Positions 1 to 12,145 of a stretch of 64,000 nucleotides of DNA are shown here, piece by piece. The position numbers and the translations under genes are program-made. The notes beneath the pieces are model-generated. The model made no database searches and was not told the origin of the DNA. It saw only the letters and a list, made by a program, of their open reading frames with translations. Position 1 is the first letter of the stretch; each line of letters starts with the position of its first letter. Origin of the DNA: Malacoraja senta (lineage: Eukaryota); assembly GCA_038087875.1 (NCBI GenBank), contig CM075997.1, positions 3,846,001 to 3,910,000 of the forward strand. Reading direction: 5' to 3'.

Positions 1-1864
1 TAATTGGCTTTGGTAAAGATTGCCAATTGTCCCTAGTGTGTGGGATAGTGCGAGTGTGCGGGGATCGCTGGTCGGCGCGGACTTGGCGGGCCCCGTTTCC
101 GGCCTGTATCTTTAAACTAAACTAAACTCTATACATGTGTTGGAATGAACTGCAGATGCTGGTTTACACCAAAGATAGATGCAAAAAAGCTGGAGTAGCT
201 CAACGGGACAGGCAGCATCTCTGGAGTCTGAAGAAGGGTTTCGGCCCGAAACGTTGCCTATTTCCTTCGCTCCATAGATGCTGCCTCAGAGGGCGGTGTA
301 GGCGGGTTCTCTGGATGCTTTCAAGAGAGAGCTAGATAGGGCTCTTAAAAATAGCGGAGTCAGGGGATATGGGGAGAAGGCAGGAACGGGGTACTGATTG
401 GGGATGATCAGCCATGATCACATTGAATGGCAGTGCTGGCTCGATGGGCCGAATGGCCTACTCCTGCATCTATTGTCTATTGTCTATTGCCTGCCGCACC
501 CGCTGAGTTTCTCCAGCATTTCTGTCTACCAGCATCTCATGAGAGAAGGAATGGGTGACATTTCAGGTCGAGACTTTTCTTCAGACTGAGGAGAGAGGAG
601 CTGATGAGTAGATGGCCTCTGAAGAGAATCCAACCTGTTTGTTGCAGTACGATGATACGCTGTGAATGGGGACTGATTCCCCTCTGACCCGAAGAATAAA
701 CACTGTAAAGTCATAGCGGAAATCCTGAGTGGGAAGGGTTAACGATATCTGAGTAAACAAAGAGTGTTTACGACACTGCAGGTCTGGATTCACACTCTTG
801 GTTCTCAGGATGGACTTGGCTGTCCACTTCACATCTGAGAGAGATCAACAACTTGCAATGACACTTCCTGGTGGAAAATCCTATAAAAAGCCTGCGCCGA
901 TTTGGAATAGTGGTGTAGGAAGCCCGATCTCCCTTCCTTCAGCCCCTGCTGCCAGCTTCCAAGAGGAATGTTTCACATCCGCTCTGTACATAAAGACGAG
1001 ATCGGTTGGAGTGTTTTTTTTAGCCGGGGCGGAGAGGAGGAAAAATGTCCACTCTCATCGTTCCATGGGCTTCCTGGAAAGAGGATTCCTGCCGCGGATG
1101 GATTCCATGAGAGCGCTTTAATACCCAGTGGGTGCAGGAAGGGACTGCAGAGGCTGGTTTACCACGAAGGAAGACACAAAATTGCTGGGGGAACTCAGCG
1201 GGACAGGCAGCGTCTCTGGAGAGAAGGAATGGGTGACGTTTCGGGTCGAGACCCTTCTTGACCCGAAACATCACCCATTCCTTCTCTCCAGAGATGCTGC
1301 CTGTCCTGCTGAGTTATTAGCTAGTATCTGGCTGACAAAAATGCTGGAGAAACTTAGCAGGTGAGGCAGCATCTATGGAGCGAAGGAATAGGTGACGTTT
1401 CGGGTCGAGACCCGAAACGTCACCTATTCCTTCGCTCCATAGATGCTGCCTCACCAGCTGAGTTTCTCCAGCATTTTTGTCCTTTTCCGATTTTTCCAGC
1501 ATTTGCAGTTCTTTCTTAAACAGCCAGTATCTGGCTTGTAGTTCAGTTTAGTTCAGTTTATTGTCACGTGTACCGAGGTACAGTGAAAAGCTTTCGTTGC
1601 GTGCTAACCAGTCAGCGGAAAGACAATACATGATTACAATCGAGTGTACAGATACATGGTTAGGACTAATAGTGGCAGAGATGGTGTCATGCTTAAATAC
1701 AATCAGAGTGTAGGAAGGAACAGCAGATGCCGGTTTAAATCGAAGATAGACACAAAATGCTGGAGTAACTCAGCGGGACAGGCAGCGTCTCTGGAGAGAA
1801 GGAATGGGTGACGTTTAGGGTCGAGACCCTTGTTCAGACTGATGTCAGGGGAGTGGGTGGTAGA

Positions 1865-1992
1865 TAGATAAGGAAGTGTATAGATAAGGAAGTGTATAGA
1901 TAAGGAAGTGTATAGATAAGGAAGTGTATAGATAAGGAAGTGTATAGATAAGGAAGTGTATAGATAAGGAAGTGTATAGATAAGGCAGTGTA
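1865..1992. repeat. Minisatellite, 16-bp unit TAGATAAGGAAGTGTA, about 8 copies, expanded inside a Penelope pLTR
   Basis: Direct reading of the tandem units. Confidence 0.95.
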
Positions 1993-3176
1993 AGGTGTGA
2001 AAACAGGACAAAGGGAATGGAGATCATGCAACATGTAGAATAGATCATTGTTAGCTGGGAGGAGCAAACAGAGATAACATGTAGTTGGAGACTTAAATAT
2101 ATTTATAGCTTAGAGACACAGCGCAGAAACAGGCTCTTCAGCCCACCGAGTCCAGGCCGACCAGCGATCCCCGCATAATAACACTATCCTATCCACTCAC
2201 TAGGGACAATTTACAATTTTACTGAAGCCAATTAGCCTACAAATCTGCATGTCTTTGGAGAGTTGTGAGTCTGTGGAATTCTCTGCCTCAGAGGGCGGTG
2301 GAGGCGGGTTCTCTGCATACTTTCAAGAGAGAGCTAGATAGGGCTCTTAAAGATAGGGATATGGGGAGAAGGCAGGAACGGGGTACTGATTGGGGATGAT
2401 CAGCCATGATCACATTGAATGGCGGTGCTGGCTCGAAGGGCCGAATGGCCTACTCCTGCACCTATTGTCTATTGTCTATTGTCTTTGTTCAAGAAGGAAC
2501 TGCAGATGCTGGAAAATCGAAGGTAGACAAAAATGCTGGAGAAACTCAGCGGGTGCGGCAGCATCTATGGAGCGAAGGAAATAGGCAACGTTTCGGCCCG
2601 AAACGTTGCCTATTTCCTTCGCTCCATAGATGCTGCCGCACCCGCTGAGTTTCTCCAGCATTTTTGTGTACCGTCTCTAGTGTCTATTGAGTGTGGGAGA
2701 AATCCGGATCAACCGGAGAAAACTCACGCAGGTCACGGGGAGAACCTGCAAACTCCGTACAGACAGCACCCGTAGTCAGGATCGAACCCGGGTCCCTGGC
2801 GCTGTGGGGCAGCAACTCTACCGCTGCACCACCGTGCCGCCCTGTAGTGTAGCCACTGCTATAATGTTGGAGATGAACGACTAATCTATGGTGTTCCAGC
2901 TCCCAGAAATAGCAACATGACACTGATCACGCATATTCCTTCCATTTTTGATACCGTGCTTTGTCTGAAAATATTTCTATGGGATTAAAAGGGGAAGTAC
3001 AATGGGATCTGGGGGTCCTTGTTCATCAGTCTATGAAAGTAAGCATGCAGGTACAGCAGGCAGTGAAGAAAGCGAATGGCATGTTGGCCTTTATAACATA
3101 CCGCTGGGTTGTAAACTGTCCCTGGGTGTGTAGAATAGAACTAGTGTACAGGGTGATTGTTGGATGGCATGGACTT

Positions 3177-3681
3177 GGTGGGCAGAAGGGCCTGCTTCCA
3201 CGCTGTATCTCTAAACTGAACTAAACTTGCTTTGGGAAATTGCTAAAGAAGGATTCGGAGAGAGGAGGAGAAATTCTTCCAAGTAGGAATACCTTGCGGA
3301 GATTTCGCAGTGTGGTACACATTTAAGAATGATCGGAGAGAGGAGGAGGTCTGAAGACGGGTAGACAAAAGTGCTGGAGAAACTCAGCGGGTGCAGCAGC
3401 ATCTATGGAGCGAAGGAAATAGGCAACGTGAAACGTTCGCCTATTTCCTTCGCTCCATAGATGCTGCTGCACCCGCTGAGTTTCTCCAGCACTTTTGTCT
3501 ACCGTCTTCAGACCTCCTCCTCTCTCCGTATTCTTAAATGTGTACCCACTGGAAATCTCCGCAAGGTATTCCTACTTGGAAGAATTTCTCCTCCTCTCTC
3601 CGAATCCTTCTTTAGGCAATTTCCCAAAGCAAGTTTATTAGTTTAGAGATACAGCGTGGAAGACGGGCCCTTCTGCCCACC
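3177..3681. repeat. ~500-bp palindrome centred on a Penelope-derived inverted repeat
   Basis: Non-repeat sequence 3227-3357 is mirrored at 3503-3635. Confidence 0.9.
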
Positions 3682-4802
3682 GTGTCCGCGCCGACCAGCG
3701 ATCCCCGCACACTAACACTACCCGACACACACTAGGGGGACAATTTACATTTACACCAAGCCAATTAACCGACAAACCCGTACGTCTTTGGAGTGTGGGA
3801 GGAAACCGAAGATCTCGGAGAAAAGTCACGCAGGTCACGGGGAGAAGGTACAAACTCCGTACGGGCAGCGCCTGCAGTCGGGATCGAACCCGGGTCTCCG
3901 GCGCTGCGAGGCAGCAACTCTACCGCTGCGCCGCCGTGAATGGTGATGTTTAAGATTAGGAACAAAGAACTGCAGGTGCTGGTTTACACGCAAGATGGAC
4001 ACAAAGTGCTGGAGTAACTCAGTGGGTCGGGCGGCATCCATGGAGAAAAAGGAATAGGTGACGTTTACGGGTCGGGACCACTGCACCACTGGACTATTGA
4101 ACAGAACCTCATATTTCGCTTGGGCAGCTTACAACCCAGCGGTATGAATAATGATTTCTCTAACTTCAAAATATCCCTTGCATTCCCTCTCTCTCCGTCC
4201 CACCCCCATGCCTCTGTCTCTGGCACTGTAGCGGTCGGACACGATAAAACGTTATTCATCCCCAGAGGGAGATTGGTCAAAGGCAGCAACTCTACCGCTG
4301 CGTCACCGTTCCCCAATGCGGCACAAGGCAACACCTACATATTAATTTGGATGGTCCTGTGCCCGGCACTGCGCAACCACCCCCCCCCCCACCCCCCCCC
4401 CCGTCCCTCTGATGTCATGGAACCCATCGCGCCGGAGAGGTTGCCAGCGGTTTGTGGCTGAGGGTTTTTTGCGGCAATCGCTCCCCGACGCAGGTGAAGC
4501 AACTCGTTGCCTTCCTGGAAACTGCTCTTGCTCAACCGCTCGAGCATTCCAGTCACCTCACCTGAGCCTGATCCTAATCTCGGATGCCCGGAGGCGGGCC
4601 GAGGCCATTCTGTCACTCAAACCTTTTCTATCATTCAATGGGGAGCGAATTCGATCTGACCTTGACCGGGCGGCACGGTGGCGCAGCGGTAGCGTTGCTG
4701 CCTCACCGCGCCAGAGACCCGGGTTCGATCCTGACTACGGGTGCTGTCTGTGCGGAGTTTGCACGTTCTGCCCGTGACCTGCGTGGGTTTTCTCCGGGTG
4801 CT

Positions 4803-5200
4803 CTTGCACACACGTGCCTAATCTATAATACATGCACATACTGTATACATAGCTACACATACCTACTGCACACACGTATGTACACACCTTGCACACATGT
4901 GCCTAATCTATAATACATGCACATACTGTATACATAGCTACACATACCTACTGCACACACGTATGTACACACCTTGCACACACGTGCCTAATCTATAATA
5001 CATGCACATACTGTATACATAACTACACATACCTACTGCACACACGTATGTACACACCTTGCACACATGTGCCTAATCTGTAATACATGCAGTACATACT
5101 GTGGCATATACTGTACACATACTGTACTATGCATGTACATCCCTACATAGCTACACATACCTACTGCACACATGCATGTACACACCTTGCACACATGTAC
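4803..5200. repeat. Minisatellite, 85-bp CA/TA-rich unit, about 4.5 copies
   Basis: CTTGCACAC unit starts at 4803, 4888, 4973 and 5058, and at 5186 after an expanded unit. Confidence 0.9.
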
Positions 5201-5780
5201 ACCACAATTACAGGCACACAGAGACTCACACACCTGCACTAATACCTCGGCACACTTTCATTCCCATTCATGTAACCTCCAATGTGGAAACAGGCCCTTC
5301 GGCCCAACTTGCCCACACCAGCCAACATGCCCCAGCTACACCAGTCCCACCTGCCTGCGCTTGGTCCATACCCCTCCAAACCTGTCCTATCCATGTACCT
5401 GTCTAACTGTTTCTTAAACATAGAAACATAGAAAATTGGTGCAGGAGGAGGCCATTCGGCCCTTCGAGCCAGCACCGCCATTCATTGTGATCATGGCTGA
5501 TCGTCCCCGATCAATAACCCGTGCCTGCCTTCTCCCCATATCCCTTGACTCCACTAGCCCCTAGAGCTCTATCTAAACGTTGGGATAGTCCCAGCCTCAA
5601 CTACCTCCTCTGGCAGCTTGTTCCATATGCCCACCGCCCTTTGTGTGAAAAAGTTACCCCTCAGATTCCTATTAAATCTCTTCCCCTTCACCTTGAACCT
5701 ATGTTTGTTCTAATTTTGTGCCCATGTGTTTCACGTCTGCCCCTGGGTATGGCTGTGCTGTCCTGGTGATGATCCAGGAT

Positions 5781-6220
5781 TCCTCCAACCTTCATCCACC
5801 GTACCCGCTGCTCCAGGCGTGGACTCTTGTACAACGGCGAGACCAAGCGCAGGGTCGCCGATCGTTCCGCTGAACACCTCCGCTCAGTCCGCCCAAACCT
5901 ACCTGATCTCCCGGTTGCCAAACTCTTTAACTCCCCCCTCCTCCCATTCCCACACTGCCCTTTCTGTCCTGGGCCTCCTCCATTGTCAGAGTGAGGCCTA
6001 GCGCAAATTGGAGGAACAGCACCTCATATTTCGCTTGGGCACCTTACACCCCAGCGTTATGAACATTGATTTCTCCAACTTCAAGCTTTCCCTCTCCCTC
6101 CATCCCTCCCCCATCCTTGTGCTCAGACTAATTCCACCGTCCTCCTAATTAAGTGTTACAGATTGCGTGCCTCGTTGTCCCCTTCCCCTCAGCTCACAAT
6201 GAACCATTCTACATTTCCAT
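5781..6220 (+). mobile_element. Penelope-like element 3' fragment (GIY-YIG endonuclease C-terminus plus pLTR start)
   Basis: Degenerate RCSRRGLLYNGETKRR..DRSAEHLRSV...PVAKLFNS..HSHTALSVLGL...RKLEEQHLIFRLGTL.P..MNIDFSNFK. Confidence 0.85.
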
Positions 6221-6918
6221 AGAGTCATAGAGTGATACAGCATGGAAACAGGCCCTTCGCCCCAACTTGCCCACACCGACCAACATGTCCCAGCTACACT
6301 AGTCCCACCTGCCTGCGCTTAGTCCATATCCCTCCAAACCTGTCCTATCCATGTACCTGTCTAACTGTTTCTTAAACGCTGGGATAGTCCCAGCCTCAAC
6401 TACCTCCTCTGGCAGCTTGTTCCATGCACCCACCACCCTCTGTGTGAAAAAGTTACCCCTCAGATTCCTCTTAAATCTCTTCCCCTTCACCTTCAGCCTC
6501 TGTCCTCTGGTCCTCGATTCCCCTACTCTGGGCAAGAGACTCTGTGCGTCGACCCGATCTATTCCTCTCATGATTTTACGAGTGAATGAGTGATAACACG
6601 GGGATATCCCGGGATAACCCACGTGGTCACAGGAAGATCGTGCGAGCTCCACACTGACAGCACCAATGTTATCCCACTTCCTCTTCCACTCCCTCCACAC
6701 CAGGGGCAATTTACAGAGGGACAATTAACCTACAGACCCTGTACATCTTTGGGATGTGGGAGAAAACCGGAGCAACCGGAGAAAACCCGCATATACACAA
6801 GGAGAGCGTAAAACTCCGCACAGACAGCACCTTTCCTTGAACTTTGTCCCCTTTGATCTTTTGTTTTCGCACCTTTCCCTTCCATATCTCTGCGTCTCCC
6901 TCTCCCCTGACTCTCAGT

Positions 6919-6946
6919 CTGAAGAAGGGTCTCGACCCGAAACGTC
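6919..6946 (+). ncRNA. Minimal hammerhead ribozyme core in a Penelope pLTR-derived repeat (representative of many copies)
   Basis: CTGAAGA-A-GGGT[CTCG]ACCC-GAAA-C-GTC parses as the CUGANGA box, stem II, GAAA and a GUC triplet. A sister subfamily has a compensatory stem, GGG[TTTCGG]CCC. Minimal hammerheads are an established feature of Penelope pLTRs. Activity is not shown. Confidence 0.65.
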
Positions 6947-8083
6947 ACCCATTCCTTCTCTCCAGAGATGCTGCCTGACCCGCTGAGTTACTCCAGCATT
7001 TGGCGTGGGATTGGTACCTACCAGGTGAACAAGGGGTTGATCCCTATGGAGAACACACCACAGTGCCACGCAGAACCACCGATCATTGTTGCCCCTGTAA
7101 CTCAGCACCCACCTTCTCTGTCGGGCGGGGATGCATTGGTCAGTTGCTGCCTGCCTCCAGGTGCTTTACAGTCCGTTGCAAGCTGAGTGCTGGCAGGTTA
7201 CAGCCCATGGGTGTCATGGTGCCTTTCCCAATGTTTCCACAAACACTAAGGGCAGCAGGGTGGTACAGCGGGCGTTGTGCAGTGCCGGGCACAGGACCAT
7301 CCAGCTCATTATGTAGGTGTTGCCTTGTGCCGCATTGGTAAACGGTGGCGCAGCGGTAGAGTTGCTGCCTTGCAGAGCTTGCAGCGACAGAGACCCGGGT
7401 TCGATCCCGACCACGGGTGCTGTCTGTACGGAGTTTGTACCTTCTCCCCGTGGCCTGCCCTTCCTCCCACACTGCAAAACCGGGATTCTAATCACAGAAA
7501 GCATTTGATAAACAGATTCTTGAGTCATCTCTTTAGTCAGAGGGTGGTGAATCTGTGGAATCCATTGCCACGGACAGTGGTGGAGGCCAAGTCTGTGGGT
7601 ATTTTTAAAGCAGAGATTAATAGTTTCTTGATTAGTACGGGTGTCACGGGTTATTGGTAAACGGCAGGCCAAGAGTGAAAGCTAGATCAGCCGTGACAGC
7701 ATAGACTTGATGGGCTGAATGGTCTACTTTTGTTCCTATGGTTATGAACGATGAGCACTTATCATTTTCACACTGAGGGTGAAGGATATATGGTAGAGAT
7801 GACAGAGAAAGTAGTTGAAGCACGTGCAATAACGAGAGTTAGAAGGTACTCGGAGATAGACACAAAACACTGGAGCAACTCACCGGGACAGGCAGCATCT
7901 CTGGAGAGAAGGAATGGGTGACGTTTCGGGTCGAGACCCTTCTACAGACCCTGATGTCTTCAGATACTCGGGCATGTATGTGATTAGGAAGGGTTTAGGA
8001 AGTCATGGGCCAAACGTGAGCAAATGGGACCAGTTTAGACGGGCCATGTGGCTCTTATTATAGTGGAGACTGATAGACTCATG

Positions 8084-8324
8084 TGTTTAAGAAGGAACTG
8101 CAGATGCTGGAAAATCGAAGGGAGACAAAAGTGCTGGAGAAACTCAGTGGGTGCAGCAGCATCTATGGAGTGAAGGAAATAGGCAACCTTTCGGGCCGAA
8201 ACCCTTCTGGAAATAGGCAACGTTTCGGGCCGAAACCCTTCCGGGTTTCGGGCCGAAACGTTGCCTATTTCCTTCGCTCCATAGATGCTGCTGCACCCGC
8301 TGAGTTTCTCCAGCACTTTTGTCT
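8084..8324. mobile_element. Palindromic Penelope-derived short element
   Basis: Inverted halves with the 15-bp flanking duplication ACTGATAGACTCATG (8069-8083 and 8325-8339). Confidence 0.8.
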
Positions 8325-11300
8325 ACTGATAGACTCATGATTAGTAAGGGTGTCAAAGGTTACGGTGAGCAGGCAGGAGAATGGGGTTGAGAGGGAATAA
8401 TGGATCAGCCATGATGGAATGGTAGAGCAGGCTCGATGGGCTTCATACCGAGAGGATTTGAGTCTAGGAGCAAGGAGGTCCTACGTCAGCTGTACAGGCG
8501 CCTGGTGAGACCACCACCTGGAGTATTGTGTGCAGTTTTGGTCCCCTAATTTGAGGATGGACATTCTTGTTATCGAGGGAGTGCAGCGTAGGTTCGCCAG
8601 GTTAATTCCCGGGATGGCGGGACTGTCATATGCTGAAACAATGGATCGACTGGGCTTATATTCACTGGAATTTAGGATGAGAGGGTATCTTATAGAAACA
8701 TATATAACATTCTTGGATTGGACAGGCTAGATGCAGGAAAAATGTTCCCGATGTTGGGGGAGTCCAGAACCAGGGGACACAGTTTAAGAATAAAGGGGAG
8801 GCCATTTAGGACTGAGATGAGGAAAAGCTTTTTCACCCAGAGAGTTGTGAATCTGTGGAATTTCCTGCCACACACTAGGGACAATTTTACATTCATACCA
8901 AGCCAATTCACCTACAAACCTGCATAGCTTTGGAGTGTGGGAGGAAATAAGAGCTAGGCCATTTAGGACTGAGATGAGGAAAAACCCCTTTCACCCAGAG
9001 AGTTGTGAATCTGTGGAATTCTCTGCCACAGAAGGCAGTGGAGGCCAATTCACTGGATGTTTTCAAGAGGGAGTTAGATTTAGCTCTCAGGGCTAACGGA
9101 ATCAAGGGATATGGGGAGAAAGCAGGAAGGGGGGTACTGATTTTGGATGATCAGCCATGATCACATTGAATGGCGGTGCTGGCTCGAAGGGCCGAATGGC
9201 CAACTCCTGCACCTATTGTCTATGGTTCTATGCCATTCTGGTCTTTTGGTTTGACAGAGGGCTTGTTTCCGTGCTGAATAGTTGGATGACTATGGCTGAG
9301 ACATTTTATGGAGACAAAAGACACAAAGGCCAGAAATTCGTCCCATCTTGGCTAAGTTCCATCCTGGTAACGATACTGCAATGCTCAAAATATTTCCAGT
9401 TTATTCTGCCTACACAAATTGGCTTCTTACGCTAGATTTACAACTGTTGATTTAATAATGCAATCAAAAACAAACGCTTGCATTCACAGTATTTACTCGC
9501 TGTCAACTGTTTACACTGGTCAGGACATGCAGGAATCCAGATATTTGATCTGGCACAGCATGCAACAATCAGTAACCGCAAGCTGGCTGTTGCAAGACAT
9601 CTTTATTTGGGTCTCTTTTAGTTTTTTAGTTTTAGAGATACAGCCATGAAACAGGCCCTTTGGCCAAACCGAGTCCATCCCGACCAGCGATCCCCAGATA
9701 CTAACACTATCCCACACACACTAGGGATAATTTTACATTTTACACCAAGCTAATTAACCTACAAACCTGCACGTCTTTGGAGTGTGGGAGGAAACCGAAG
9801 ATCTCGGAGAAAACCCCACGGGGAGAGCGTACAAACTGCGTACAGACAAGCGCCCGTAGTTGGGATCGAACCCGGATCTTTGGCGCTGTGAGGCAGCAAC
9901 TCTACCGCTGCACCACCGTGCCGCCATTCCTTGTACCTGAGCAGAGAGGCGTGTAAAACAGTCCCGTTCTTTCCGCAGTGAAGCCAAAGATCTTGTTCCA
10001 CTCACGGTGGCATTGAGCATCATGGCGGCACGGCGGTAGAGTTGCTGCCTTACACCTGCGTGGGTTTTTTTCCGAGATCTTCGCTTCCCTCCCACACTCC
10101 AAAGACGTACAGGTTTGTAGGTTAATTGGCTCGGTGTAAATGTACAATTGTCCCGAGTGTGTGTAGGATAGTGTTAGTGTGCGGGGATCGCTGGTCAGTG
10201 GGGACTCAGTGGGCCGAAGGGCCTGTTTCATTGCTGTATCGCTAAACTAAAAAACGTACAGACCGATCGTCCTTGTTCCGTGACGCTATCTTGCAGCAGA
10301 GCAGTGCAGCGGGTAGTGCTGCTGTCTCGCAGTGCCAGAGACCCGGGTTCCATCCTAGCATAGAGTCATCGATTAATGCAGTGTGGAAATAGGCCCTTCG
10401 GCCCAACTTGTCCATGCCGACCAACATGCCCCATCTACACTAGTCCCACCTGCCTGCGTTTTGCCCACATCCATCAAAACCCGAATTAACCATGTACCTG
10501 TCCAAATGTTTCTTAAAGATTATAATAGTACCTGCCTCAACTACCTCCCCCAGCAGCTCATTCCATACCCTCTCTGTAAAAAATGTACCCCACAGGTTCC
10601 TATTAAATCTTTCCCCCCTCACCTTAAACCTATGTCCTCTGGTCCTCGATTCCCCTACTCTGAGCAAAAGACTCTGCCCGATCTATTCCCCTTATGAGTT
10701 TGTACACCTCTATAGGATCACCCCTCATCCTCCTGCGCTCCAAGGAATAGAGTCCCAGCCGGCTCAACCTCTCCCCATAGCTCAGGCCCTCGAGTCCTGG
10801 CAACATCCTCGTAAATCTTCTCTGCACCATTCCTAGCTTGACCTCGGGTGCTGTCTACGTGGAGTTTGCACGCTCTCCATGTGAGTGCGTGGGTTTGTTC
10901 CAGGTTTATTCCCAAATGCATGAGGGTTTTTTGGTTAATTGGCCCTCTGTAAATTGCCCGCAAATGGAATGCTTCTTCAGACTGGATCCAAAACGTTGTC
11001 AATCCATCACCTCCACAGACGTTTTCGATTAGTTCCGAGATACAGCGCGGAAACAGCCCCTTCGGTCCACCTAGTCCGTACCGGTCAGCGATCCCCACAC
11101 ATCAACACTATCCTACACACACTAGGGACAATTTTCAACGCTACCAAACCAATTAACCCACAAACCTGTACGTCTTTGGAGTGTTGGAGAAAACCCACGC
11201 ACATCATCAGACATCAGACAACACCCGTAGTCAGGATTGCACCCGGGTCCCTGGCACTGTAAGGCTGCAACTCTACCACTGCGCCACCGTGCTGCCCCAA

Positions 11301-11908
11301 GATGCTGCCTGTCCCGCTGAGTTACTCCAGCACTTTGTACTGTACTCAAAATCCCAGCATCAGCAGTTCTTTGTGTTTTCAATAGACAATAGACAATAGA
11401 CAATGGACAATAGACAATAGGTGCAGGAGTAGGCCATTTGGCCCTTCAAGCCAGCACCGCCATTCAATGTGATCATGGCTGATCATCCCCAATCAGTACC
11501 CCATTCCTGCCTTCTCCCCATATCCCCTGACTCCGCTATCTTTAAGAGCCCTATCTAGCTCTCTCTTGAAAGCATCCGGGGAACCCGCCTCCACCGCCCT
11601 CTGAGGCAGAGAATTCCACAGACCCGATGATTTGCGTAGGAAGGAACTGCAGTTGCTGGTTTACACCAGAGATAGTTGCTGGAGTAACTCAGCGGGACAG
11701 GCAGCATCTCTGGAGAGAAGGAATGGGTGACGTTTCGTGTCGGGTCTGAAGAAGGGTCTCAATTCAAAACGTCACCCATTCCTTCTCTCCAGAGATGCTG
11801 CCTGTCCCGTTGAGTTACTCCAGCATTTTGTATCTAACTAGATTATTTATTTAGTGCCATTAGCAAATCTTGGGCAAAGATAAGATGGTATATTTGCTTG
11901 CAAACCTA

Positions 11909-12145
11909 AGGGCCTGTCCCACTTTCACAACCTAATTCACGACCTCTGCTGAGTTTGCCCTTGACTCATACTCGCAGCACGGTCATCACGAGGTCGTAGG
12001 AGGTCGTAGGTAGGTTGTAGCAGGCCGTGATGCTAGTCGTAGGTACTCGTGGGATCAAGCAGGTTGCGCCGTTTTTCTAGCCTGATGAAAAATGTCCACG
12101 AGTTAAAAAGGTCGTGAATTAGGTCGTGAAAGTGGGACAGGCCCT
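11909..12145. mobile_element. PIF/Harbinger-type MITE
   Basis: TIRs AGGGCCTGTCCCACTTTCAC... / ...GTGAAAGTGGGACAGGCCCT. The family shows 3-bp TSDs in other copies. Confidence 0.75.

Noticed and set aside
1865..1992. Regular short repeats (also 34205-34390 and 59795-59864) superficially like a CRISPR array
   Set aside because: The units are contiguous with no unique spacers, there are no cas genes, and the context is vertebrate.
2890..2965. Minus-strand signal-peptide-like MEGICVISVMLLFLGAGTP after a ttttcag acceptor
   Set aside because: It ends in TAG with no canonical GT donor and no linked exons.
7022..7094. Possible minus-strand exon (ttacag...CTG|GTAGGT); similar weak candidates near 4562-4610 and 30699-30773
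   Set aside because: The acceptors are weak, the peptides are unrecognisable, and they cannot be assembled into a consistent gene.
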